Source of the DNA: a virus
DNA: 64,000 nucleotides
Strand: one strand, 5' to 3'
IMG/VR virus record: IMGVR_UViG_3300010965_000002
Span: 112,944 to 176,943 of that record
In this document: in pieces, positions 47,223 through 55,143 of the stretch
Layout: each line of letters begins with the position of its first letter
How positions within the stretch are numbered: position 1 is the first letter of the stretch
Translations under genes and position numbers: made by a program
Notes under the pieces: model-generated
Told to the model about the DNA's origin: nothing
The model's input: only the letters and a program-made list of their open reading frames with translations
The model's database searches: none

Positions 47223-48671
47223 GTGAAAGCTCAATTTAAGAACTCTACTGGATTCGAGGCTGCAAAGCCCAGCGTCGGTGGCCGTCGTGAAACCGTCAAG
47301 ATTTCCGACCTCGTGGAAATGCTCGAATGGCCGAAGAAAGGCAAAGGCGTAACCGTTCGTTTGGTTGGCCCTATTGCTGGCCGTGGTATCCACAAGATCA
47401 AGGTGCGTAAGAAAGATGGCAACGAAGTCGAGATTCAGAAGCCTTGCTTGGCATACAACCCCAAGACTGATGACAAAGACAGTACGGTGAAATGCCCGTA
47501 TTGCAAGATGCCTGCTGAACTGGCTAAGTTCTCCAAGCTGTACTTCGGCAACGCCATTGTGCGCGAACTGCAGGAAGACAAGCCGGGCAAGCTCAAGCGC
47601 CCAACCAAGGGTGAAACCGAAACGGGTTTCAAAGAAATGGACAGCGACACCTGGACTCCAGTGCGCGTTGTTCGCATCCCATCCAGCCTGATGCTGCGTA
47701 TCAAGCAGTTGGGCGAGAAGAACATTGTCAAGTCGAAGACTGGTGACAAAAAGCACTTCTTCCCGATGCACGAAAAGTTCGGCTTCGACCTGGACATCAC
47801 GTTCGACAAGACGTTGCCTGCCGCCAGCATGTACTCTGCTGACCGCACTGAATCGCCTGATGGTGAAAAGTATTCGGTGTTGACCGAAGACGAAGGCAAC
47901 TACTTGCTGTGGGACACCGATCAAGTCTATCCTGCGGAAGAATTTGAAGAAGCCAAGAAAGAAGCCAAGTCGCTGCAAGACCGTTGGGGCGGCGGCGACA
48001 AGGATGAAGACGACGAAGACGAAGATGACGACGAGCCTAAGAGCCGTAAGAAGCCTTTGTCAAAAGCAAAGCACGTTGACGACGACGAAGACGACATGGA
48101 CCTCGATGACGAGGATGATGAAGACGACGCTCCGAAGAAGTCTTCCAAGAAACCAGCGGCCAAGGGCAAGAAACCTGCTGATGACGAAGATGACGAAGAT
48201 GATCTTGACCTCGACGATGATGACGAGGACGACGAGCCACCTAAGAAGTCTTCCAAGAAACCGGCTGCCAAAGGCAAGAAGCCCGTAGCATCTGATGACG
48301 ATGACGACGAAGATGAAGACGATGACGAGGATGAAGAAGACGACGAGGACGACGAGCCTCCGAAGAAATCTTCAAAGAAGCCTGCCGCCAAAGGCAAGAA
48401 GCCAGCCGCCGATGACGAGGATGATGAAGACCTCGATGACCTCGATGAAGACGATGAGGACGATGAAGAAGACGAGGACGATGAACCGCCCAAGAAGTCT
48501 TCCAAGAAGCCGGTAGCTAAGAAGCCTGACGCTAAAGGCAAGAAGCCTGCTGACGACGAAGACGACAGCGACGACCTCGACGATGAAGACGAAGAGGAAG
48601 AAGCTCCGCCCAAGCGCACGGCCAAAAAGCCAGCGGCAAAGTCTGTTTCCGTCAAGCGTAAAAGCCGTTAA
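47223..48671 (+). CDS. gp32-like single-stranded DNA-binding protein with long charged tail
   Basis: Globular N-terminal ~250 aa with two Cys pairs, upstream of RecA; ~225-aa D/E and K block tail; AGGAG RBS. Confidence 0.65.
   Translation: MKAQFKNSTGFEAAKPSVGGRRETVKISDLVEMLEWPKKGKGVTVRLVGPIAGRGIHKIKVRKKDGNEVEIQKPCLAYNPKTDDKDSTVKCPYCKMPAELAKFSKLYFGNAIVRELQEDKPGKLKRPTKGETETGFKEMDSDTWTPVRVVRIPSSLMLRIKQLGEKNIVKSKTGDKKHFFPMHEKFGFDLDITFDKTLPAASMYSADRTESPDGEKYSVLTEDEGNYLLWDTDQVYPAEEFEEAKKEAKSLQDRWGGGDKDEDDEDEDDDEPKSRKKPLSKAKHVDDDEDDMDLDDEDDEDDAPKKSSKKPAAKGKKPADDEDDEDDLDLDDDDEDDEPPKKSSKKPAAKGKKPVASDDDDDEDEDDDEDEEDDEDDEPPKKSSKKPAAKGKKPAADDEDDEDLDDLDEDDEDDEEDEDDEPPKKSSKKPVAKKPDAKGKKPADDEDDSDDLDDEDEEEEAPPKRTAKKPAAKSVSVKRKSR
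47990..48668 (+). repeat. coding repeats: poly-D/E blocks alternating with PKKSSKKPAAKGKKP units
   Basis: Four near-identical basic units plus two degenerate ones. Confidence 0.9.
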
Positions 48672-48679
48672 CTAAAGGG

Positions 48680-48703
48680 ACGAGGTGGCGCAAGTCACCT
48701 CGT
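48680..48703 (+). promoter_or_regulatory. GCAA-tetraloop hairpin between SD and recA start
   Basis: ACGAGGTGGC-GCAA-GTCACCTCGT, AAGGG immediately 5', ATG 6 nt 3'. Confidence 0.55.
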
Positions 48704-48709
48704 AATCAA

Positions 48710-50107
48710 ATGGTAACTAGAAAGAAACCGACCGCAGCAGCAGCGAAGAAAGCCTTTGCTCCTGACTATGGTGGCTTACTTGACCAAGTTGAACGCAAGT
48801 ACAGCTTAGGCCAAGGCGCAATGAGCTTGGAAGCACGACTGTCTAGCCAAGTTAGTACCGGCCTGCTCGGTTCTGACTTGATGCTCGGTGGTGGCATTCT
48901 TGCAGGCCGTTGGTACACCTTCTTTGGTGGCGAAGGTAGCGCAAAGTCTACGCACATTGCTCACATCAAGTTGTCAGCGGCTGATTCCGGCGTCCCAGTG
49001 TTGAGCGACTTCGACTACGAAGGCAGTAGCGATCCTACTTACTATGAAGGCATCATGGAGTTCTACTCCAAGCTGAAAGGCGTTGATGAACTTTATGGTG
49101 TTCAAGACGACAAGGGCAAGTGGATTGTTCCACGCCGTGTTCGCTACAACGAGGTGACAACTGCGGAAGACTTCTTCAACAGTGCCTCAGCATTCTTGCG
49201 TCGCATCCCCAACAAAGAGTACCTCGAAAACAAGTGGTGGTATTCGTGGGAAGATGACAAAGCGGGCAAAGCCGCCGCTGGCACTCAGTACAGCAAGGTC
49301 ATGAAGCAGCGTTACGGCCGCCTGATGATCGAAGCAGAGAACGGTTTGCCTCAAGCAATGTTCTTTCTGGACAGCTACCCTGCTATGTATCCAGAAAAGC
49401 TGGACGAGGATGACAAAGGCGTTGGTATGGCCGCTGTTGCCCGTGCAATGGCAGAGAACATCCCCAAGATTTTCAGTAAGCTGCGCCGTAGTTCAGTCAC
49501 CATCATCGGTGTGAACCAATTGCGCCTGCGACCTGCGGTGATGTTTGCCAATCCAGAATACGAGCCAGGTGGTGAAGCTCTCAAGTTTGCATCCTCTGTG
49601 CGTGTTCGTCAAGCTGCACGTAGCGTTCCGCACGGCAAAGGACCTGTTGAAGAAGAACAGAGTGCCCTGTTTGAAGATGCAACCGACAGCTACCGTTACA
49701 TCCACATGAAGGCAATCAAGAACAAGACTTCAACACCTTATCTTGAAAGCTGGCAACGTATCTGGATTAACGACGGTACAGGTACCGCTCACGGCTTCGA
49801 CCCTGTGTGGGATACATTCCAGTATCTCAAGAACACTGGTCAGCTTGAAGCAGGCTCCACCATGAAGAAGCTCAAGATTCCCATGCTTGGAATCAAGAAG
49901 CCGATCACCTGGTTGGACTTCAAATCGTTGGTCACATGCAAAGGCAAAAACCTTCAAGCCACTTGCAAGTCGCTCGGTATCACAAAGCCTCCAAAGCTGC
50001 GTGAACGCTGCGCAGCACAAGTTGCCAAGGGCGACGGCACAACCATGTTCTTCAACAACCTCCGCTCCGAAGCCGAGGAAACTGAGGAAGACGGTGACGA
50101 CGAGTGA
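48710..50107 (+). CDS. RecA/UvsX-like recombinase
   Basis: STGLLGSDLMLGGG, GGEGSAKST Walker A, FFLDS, VNQLR, EPGGEALKFASSVR, KNK. Confidence 0.9.
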   Translation: MVTRKKPTAAAAKKAFAPDYGGLLDQVERKYSLGQGAMSLEARLSSQVSTGLLGSDLMLGGGILAGRWYTFFGGEGSAKSTHIAHIKLSAADSGVPVLSDFDYEGSSDPTYYEGIMEFYSKLKGVDELYGVQDDKGKWIVPRRVRYNEVTTAEDFFNSASAFLRRIPNKEYLENKWWYSWEDDKAGKAAAGTQYSKVMKQRYGRLMIEAENGLPQAMFFLDSYPAMYPEKLDEDDKGVGMAAVARAMAENIPKIFSKLRRSSVTIIGVNQLRLRPAVMFANPEYEPGGEALKFASSVRVRQAARSVPHGKGPVEEEQSALFEDATDSYRYIHMKAIKNKTSTPYLESWQRIWINDGTGTAHGFDPVWDTFQYLKNTGQLEAGSTMKKLKIPMLGIKKPITWLDFKSLVTCKGKNLQATCKSLGITKPPKLRERCAAQVAKGDGTTMFFNNLRSEAEETEEDGDDE

Positions 50108-51132
50108 GCTTCATCGGCTGCGCAATAGGCGACTTGCATCTGGACAAACTCACAAAGTATTGGCCTAATGCAAACGCCTTACAACTCGGAAGCGCACGCC
50201 GTGTTGTAGACGTGGCACGTCGCAAAGGAGCCGAGCAGGTATTCTTGCTCGGCGACATTGCCGAAGGTATACGCGACAACACTGGTAATGCAATGAGACT
50301 TAGTGAGCCTGCGCAATGCGAGCTTCTAAGTTTCCTGATGGAGCTAGATCAAGTGATCGACACTCACATCATTCTCGGGAATCATGATTGGGCGTCTGAG
50401 GGTAGCCACTCCCTTAGCATGTTCATCGAAATGCAAAAGCACGGTGTATTCAAGCGTGTGCGTTTCTACCCAGAGTTAGAGAAGGTTTCAATCGCTGGCA
50501 AGAAAATTGCCATGATGCCCTATCCAAACGTCGAGCCGCCGAAAGGCTGTCAGCTTGGATTCGCGCATTACGAAGTGAGCGGGGCTGTTGGTGACAATGG
50601 CAGAGCAGTTCACAGCCAAGATACTTTTGATTGGGAGTGTCCAATCATTCAAGGTCACTTGCACACTCACCAGCGTGTAAGGAATCACTGGTATCCTGGT
50701 ACGCTGTATCAAACCAGCTTTGGTGAGAATGCTGACAAAGGCTACGGTCTGTTTCAATTGGGTCAAAAGCTCAAGATGCAATGGGTGCCGCATACGCCTC
50801 CGTTCAAGCTAGTGAATCTGCGAGTGAACAAACGTGAGGACTTCAAGCAGTTGGTCAACGACGAACTGACGTTGTTCAAGTTGTTCGTTCATGAGGATGT
50901 CAAAGTCCCTGACGATCTGTTGACTAAGTTCCCAAACATTGTCAACCGTCTGGCCTTCGCAAGCGATGTTGAAGCCGAGGCTTTGGAGCATGATGAATTC
51001 CAAACAGAAAATCAGCGTATCGACCTGAATGACCGTGCAGCACTGCCTGACTTCTTAGTCGGCAAAGGTGCTAACAAACGGCAAGTCGAACGCGCACTGC
51101 AAATTGTCGATGACTTTCGCAGTATCAAGTAG
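50104..51132 (+). CDS. SbcD/Mre11-like metallophosphoesterase nuclease
   Basis: GDLH, LGD, GNHD, GHLH, YPGT motifs. Confidence 0.85.
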   Translation: MSFIGCAIGDLHLDKLTKYWPNANALQLGSARRVVDVARRKGAEQVFLLGDIAEGIRDNTGNAMRLSEPAQCELLSFLMELDQVIDTHIILGNHDWASEGSHSLSMFIEMQKHGVFKRVRFYPELEKVSIAGKKIAMMPYPNVEPPKGCQLGFAHYEVSGAVGDNGRAVHSQDTFDWECPIIQGHLHTHQRVRNHWYPGTLYQTSFGENADKGYGLFQLGQKLKMQWVPHTPPFKLVNLRVNKREDFKQLVNDELTLFKLFVHEDVKVPDDLLTKFPNIVNRLAFASDVEAEALEHDEFQTENQRIDLNDRAALPDFLVGKGANKRQVERALQIVDDFRSIK

Positions 51133-51166
51133 TTAGGTTGGGGTGCGTTGGGTGCACACTTTCTTT

Positions 51167-51196
51167 GGCCGGGGCAGAAATGTCTCGGCCTTTTTT
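51167..51196 (+). terminator. intrinsic terminator
   Basis: GGCCGGGGCA-GAAA-TGTCTCGGCC followed by T6. Confidence 0.8.
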
Positions 51197-51212
51197 CTTG
51201 GTGGTACCTGAA

Positions 51213-51221
51213 CTGTAAATA
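51213..51221 (+). promoter_or_regulatory. CTGTAAATA putative phage promoter
   Basis: After terminator, 8 nt upstream of ATG 51230. Confidence 0.65.
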
Positions 51222-51229
51222 AACAATGT

Positions 51230-52648
51230 ATGAAAACACCGAACATCATCTTTGTTTTTGGGTCTAATCTTGCTGGTCGTCATGGCAAAGGCGCTGCACT
51301 GTTTGCCCTCGAGAATTATGGCGCTGTGTACGGCAAAGGCATTGGACGAACTGGCCGTGCTTACGCCATTCCTACCAAAGACGGTAGCTTGAATGTTCTC
51401 AACCTGAAAGTCATAAAGACTCACGTTGAAGCCTTCATAGTTTACGCACTAGCTAATCCAGACTTGACCTTTCTGGTAACACGTATAGGCTGCGGTCTTG
51501 CTGGATACGACGATTCAGAGATAGCACCTTTCTTCAAGAACGCACCATCAAATTGCACACTCCCTATAGAATGGAACCACATGCAAACCGTTGACCCTTG
51601 GGCTACAAAGTATCGCCCCAAACATTTTGAAGACATGGCTGGTCAAGCTAACGCAATTGCTCGACTGCAAGGCACCATCAAGCGTAAGGCTCTGCCGAAT
51701 GCCATCATGCTGACAGGTCCAAGTGGCACAGGCAAGACAACACTCGCCAGAATCTTTGCCCGATACATCAACTGCAAAACGCATAATGCGTGTGGCAAGT
51801 GCCCAAGCTGTCTGCTGACAAAGCACCCGGACATTGACGAAAGCAACGCCGCTGACGCACGAGGCATTGATGACGTTCGCGCATTGATTGCCAAGGCCAA
51901 GTACAAACCGCACCACAACGTGCGCGTGTTCATTATCGACGAGGCTCACCAGATGACGCCTCAATCGTTGCAAGCGTTTCTCAAGCCGCTTGAGGAGCCA
52001 CCTAAGAACACCATGTACATTCTGTGTACCACTGACCCACAGAAGTTTCCGAATACGGTTTTGAATCGGTGCCTGCAACTGCCGCTTGGCTTGCCCTCAG
52101 TAGAAGACATCGTTGCGCGGCTGCGTGTGATAACAAAGGCCGAGAACCAGCGATTGCCAAAGACACTCTATACGGCTATTGCCGAAGCCTCGGGTGGACA
52201 CTTGCGTGAGGCAGTCAATCTGCTTGAGAACGCAGTCAACCTGATCGCTACAAAACCAGACATCCAAGAGGCAGAACTCATTGAGACTGTCTCCTCAACT
52301 GGTGGCGTTGAAACTGCTCAGGCGGCAAAGAAGATGTTGCTCGGTATGTATCTGCGTAAGCCTAGCGTTGTTGCCAAAGCTGTGTTCGATATGCAGGACG
52401 GAACTCAGACTGTTAATCAGGCGCTGTGGTTCAACGAATACTACCTGGCTCAGTTGCTCAAGCACGACACCCGCGCAGTATTCCATAGTCCCGCGAATCG
52501 TGACTTTGCCGCCGCCGCTCGTAAGTCTGCACCTGAGGCCAAGATCGCAGACATTCTGGATGCTCAACGTAAACTGGTTGGGCTTCGCAACCAGATGCAC
52601 ACCGTAAGTACAAAGGAAGTCAGCTTGATGCTGGCTGCATTATCCTGA
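51230..52648 (+). CDS. macrodomain-like (VFGSN..GRHG.GAA) domain fused to DnaX-like clamp-loader subunit
   Basis: aa 1-117 macro-like; from Met118 KYRP, GPSGTGKTT, CGKCPSC, IIDEAH, NRC. Confidence 0.85.
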   Translation: MKTPNIIFVFGSNLAGRHGKGAALFALENYGAVYGKGIGRTGRAYAIPTKDGSLNVLNLKVIKTHVEAFIVYALANPDLTFLVTRIGCGLAGYDDSEIAPFFKNAPSNCTLPIEWNHMQTVDPWATKYRPKHFEDMAGQANAIARLQGTIKRKALPNAIMLTGPSGTGKTTLARIFARYINCKTHNACGKCPSCLLTKHPDIDESNAADARGIDDVRALIAKAKYKPHHNVRVFIIDEAHQMTPQSLQAFLKPLEEPPKNTMYILCTTDPQKFPNTVLNRCLQLPLGLPSVEDIVARLRVITKAENQRLPKTLYTAIAEASGGHLREAVNLLENAVNLIATKPDIQEAELIETVSSTGGVETAQAAKKMLLGMYLRKPSVVAKAVFDMQDGTQTVNQALWFNEYYLAQLLKHDTRAVFHSPANRDFAAAARKSAPEAKIADILDAQRKLVGLRNQMHTVSTKEVSLMLAALS

Positions 52649-53185
52649 TGGCTAAAGACAAACCAGCAGACCCTCAAGCAATCGTCAAATCCTACTTACG
52701 TTGGATTGCAGACGGTCAACCAAACATCACCCGTTGTCAAATGAGTCATGCAACCCTGCACGACTTCTGCAAGAGTAAGCAGGTAGCTGCTCTGACTTCC
52801 ATAGCAACTGAAATTCTCAAAATCGTTTAACCTCAAAGGAAACATCATGCAAGTATTCGCTATCCTCACACTGTTCGGTGAACTCATTGGCCGCGTGCCC
52901 GACGATCTAACCGAAGAAAAGATCGAAGCTCAAGGCTTCATCGAACTGGAACGCCCATTGAAGTTGCACATGATGGCAACACCACAAGGCATGATGAACG
53001 CGATGGTGCCTCTGACGCAGTTCATGCCTACAGAGTCATTGCCTATCGCACTGCCGCACATCGTGACTTTCGGCCCAGCCATTCCAGCTATTGCCAAGAG
53101 CTATTTGGAAATGACCTCTGGCATTGCACTGCCTGGTTCGGCTGGCGGCAAATCAGCTCCGAAACTGGAAATCGTCTCCCGCTAA
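52648..53185 (+). other. two small hypothetical CDS (52648-52830, 52847-53185)
   Basis: Operon-packed; second has AAGGA RBS. Confidence 0.55.
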
Positions 53186-53221
53186 CAGCGTTTGTTGGCT
53201 AACTACCACCGTAGACAATAA

Positions 53222-53291
53222 GGCTTAAATTGATGCTCTTATCAGGCTCGTTGACACCCTCAACGGCCTGTTTTATGGCCTCAATTAAGCC
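53222..53291 (+). other. nested stem-loop (terminator or structured RNA)
   Basis: Outer GGCTTA(A)ATTGA/TCAATTAAGCC, inner CAGGC(T)CGTTGA/TCAACGGCCTG. Confidence 0.5.
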
Positions 53292-53319
53292 AAATCTGCG
53301 TTCTTACCGGAGTAAAAAT

Positions 53320-53904
53320 ATGGCTCATATCATTGGTTTTACGGGTGCACACGGCACAGGCAAAAGTACCATACTTAAAGCGTTGGGTGCACGTAATCTG
53401 CCCAACGTTGTCATCGACGTATTCTCTGTCCCACGGTCAGTCCAAGCTGACTACGGGAAGCCTCTGGCTGAGATTGTGGCGTTGCCAGAAAACGTTCCTG
53501 AATATCAAGAGCGCATCAGTCGTCGCAAGGCTGAACACTTGGCGTCTCTGCGTGACCAATACGACGATGACGTTTTGGTATTCACCGACCGTACACCCAT
53601 TGACTTCTATGCTTACGCCCGCACATGGGTCGAGCAAAACAACTACGGTCATGACTGGTTGATTAACTACAGGAACCACTGCGCTCGTCAGATGCTAGGC
53701 TACAACAAAGTCTACCTGGTGCCTCCACGCAAGTTTCCATTCGTCGCCGAAAGCAATCGTGGTTCTGAGGACACGCAAAAGAAAAATCATGAACTCTGTA
53801 AGGATTTCATTCGCACGTTCGCACGACCATTCAAAATGGTTACGCCTCTAAGCGTAGAACAACGCGTTGACTTCTGCTTAAAACATGCGCGAGGCTTTCG
53901 ATGA
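53320..53904 (+). CDS. P-loop nucleotide kinase (AAA_28/NadR-like)
   Basis: GFTGAHGTGKST, FTDRTPIDFYAY. Confidence 0.75.
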   Translation: MAHIIGFTGAHGTGKSTILKALGARNLPNVVIDVFSVPRSVQADYGKPLAEIVALPENVPEYQERISRRKAEHLASLRDQYDDDVLVFTDRTPIDFYAYARTWVEQNNYGHDWLINYRNHCARQMLGYNKVYLVPPRKFPFVAESNRGSEDTQKKNHELCKDFIRTFARPFKMVTPLSVEQRVDFCLKHARGFR

Positions 53905-55121
53905 TCTTCCTTCTTCAACTTAGCATCACGGCCATTGCACTGTTCGTTACCTACGCGAGTGTCTTTGGTCTTGGTGCCCTGTTCGCAACCATAGCGTATC
54001 CAATCATGGCCGCAGGCGTGGCACTTGAACTTGGCAAGTACGTTGCGGTCAGCTACTCCTATCAACAATGGACGGTGATCGGCTACTTGGAACGCGCCTT
54101 GTTGGCCTTCTTCATTACATTGATGATGATCTTCACCTCGGCTGGTGTGTTCTCGTACCTTGGTCAAAGCTATCAGGCGAGTTACGCAACGCTTGATTCA
54201 CGCAAGACAGAACTAGCCTCATTGACCACGCAGGCTGAAAGCGTGAGTAAGCGCGTTACTGCAATCGAAGCTCAGATCAGCAACCTGCCAAGTAATTCCG
54301 TAACTGGACGCATTCGCCTCATGCGTGAGTACGAAGCTGAACGTACACCTTTGGTCGCGCAGTTAAACCAGTTGAACACAAAGGTTGCAGAGCTTACGCA
54401 GGCTGTAGCTGCTACTGAAATTCACGCTGGCCCTATTACGTATATCGCCAGAGCAACAGGCACAACGGTTGAACAGAGTGCCACTTGGATTATTCTCGCA
54501 CTGACAATCTGCTTAGACCCATTCGCGTTGTTCCTAACAGTGCTGATGAACAAGCTGTTGATGTTGAAGGCTAAACGTAAAGACGAAGCGTTGCACTTTC
54601 TACCCAGAGCGCAAGAACTTCAACCAGTGATGGTGCCTACACCAGCACCTGTAGTTGTTCCAGAACCAACGCCGGAACCTGTCGTACCGATCATTACGGA
54701 GTCGGAACCTGTTGAGCCAACACCAGCACCACAGGTTGCCATTATGGACGCACCTCTGGAGTTTCCATCATTGAACATCCTGTTTCCACACCCTGTTGAG
54801 ACACCTGAAGTTGCAGAAGTTGCGCCAGTTGTTGAGGTCGAAGCACCAGCACCCGTAGTTGAACCAGTAGCGACACCAGCACCTGTGGTGGCTGAGATTC
54901 CCGCCATACTGCAAGCATCAACACTTGACAAGGTGTTAGCTGCAACTAAGCCAGCCGCTAAGAAGGCACCAGCGAAGAAACCTGTTGCGAAGAAAGCTGA
55001 TGCAGCAAAGCCTGCTGTGAAGCGCATTCGCAAGAAGCCAGAACCCAAGACGCTACCCAAAGTAGATTTGCCATCAGCAACATTGCCTAAGCCAAGCAAG
55101 CCGCAGATCAACGAAGTGTAA
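53901..55121 (+). CDS. membrane protein with coiled coil and Pro/Lys-rich cytoplasmic tail
   Basis: Three N-terminal TM segments, LELGK, coiled coil, fourth TM, PEP/PAKK low-complexity tail. Confidence 0.7.
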   Translation: MIFLLQLSITAIALFVTYASVFGLGALFATIAYPIMAAGVALELGKYVAVSYSYQQWTVIGYLERALLAFFITLMMIFTSAGVFSYLGQSYQASYATLDSRKTELASLTTQAESVSKRVTAIEAQISNLPSNSVTGRIRLMREYEAERTPLVAQLNQLNTKVAELTQAVAATEIHAGPITYIARATGTTVEQSATWIILALTICLDPFALFLTVLMNKLLMLKAKRKDEALHFLPRAQELQPVMVPTPAPVVVPEPTPEPVVPIITESEPVEPTPAPQVAIMDAPLEFPSLNILFPHPVETPEVAEVAPVVEVEAPAPVVEPVATPAPVVAEIPAILQASTLDKVLAATKPAAKKAPAKKPVAKKADAAKPAVKRIRKKPEPKTLPKVDLPSATLPKPSKPQINEV

Positions 55122-55143
55122 TTGATTTCACCTAGAAGAAAAC

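Noticed and set aside
47927-48655. 242-aa antisense poly-Ser ORF
   Set aside because: Mirror of the Asp/Glu codon repeats of the SSB gene; no RBS
47990-48668. Possible CRISPR array
   Set aside because: Repeats are in-frame coding units with variable length and low-complexity spacers
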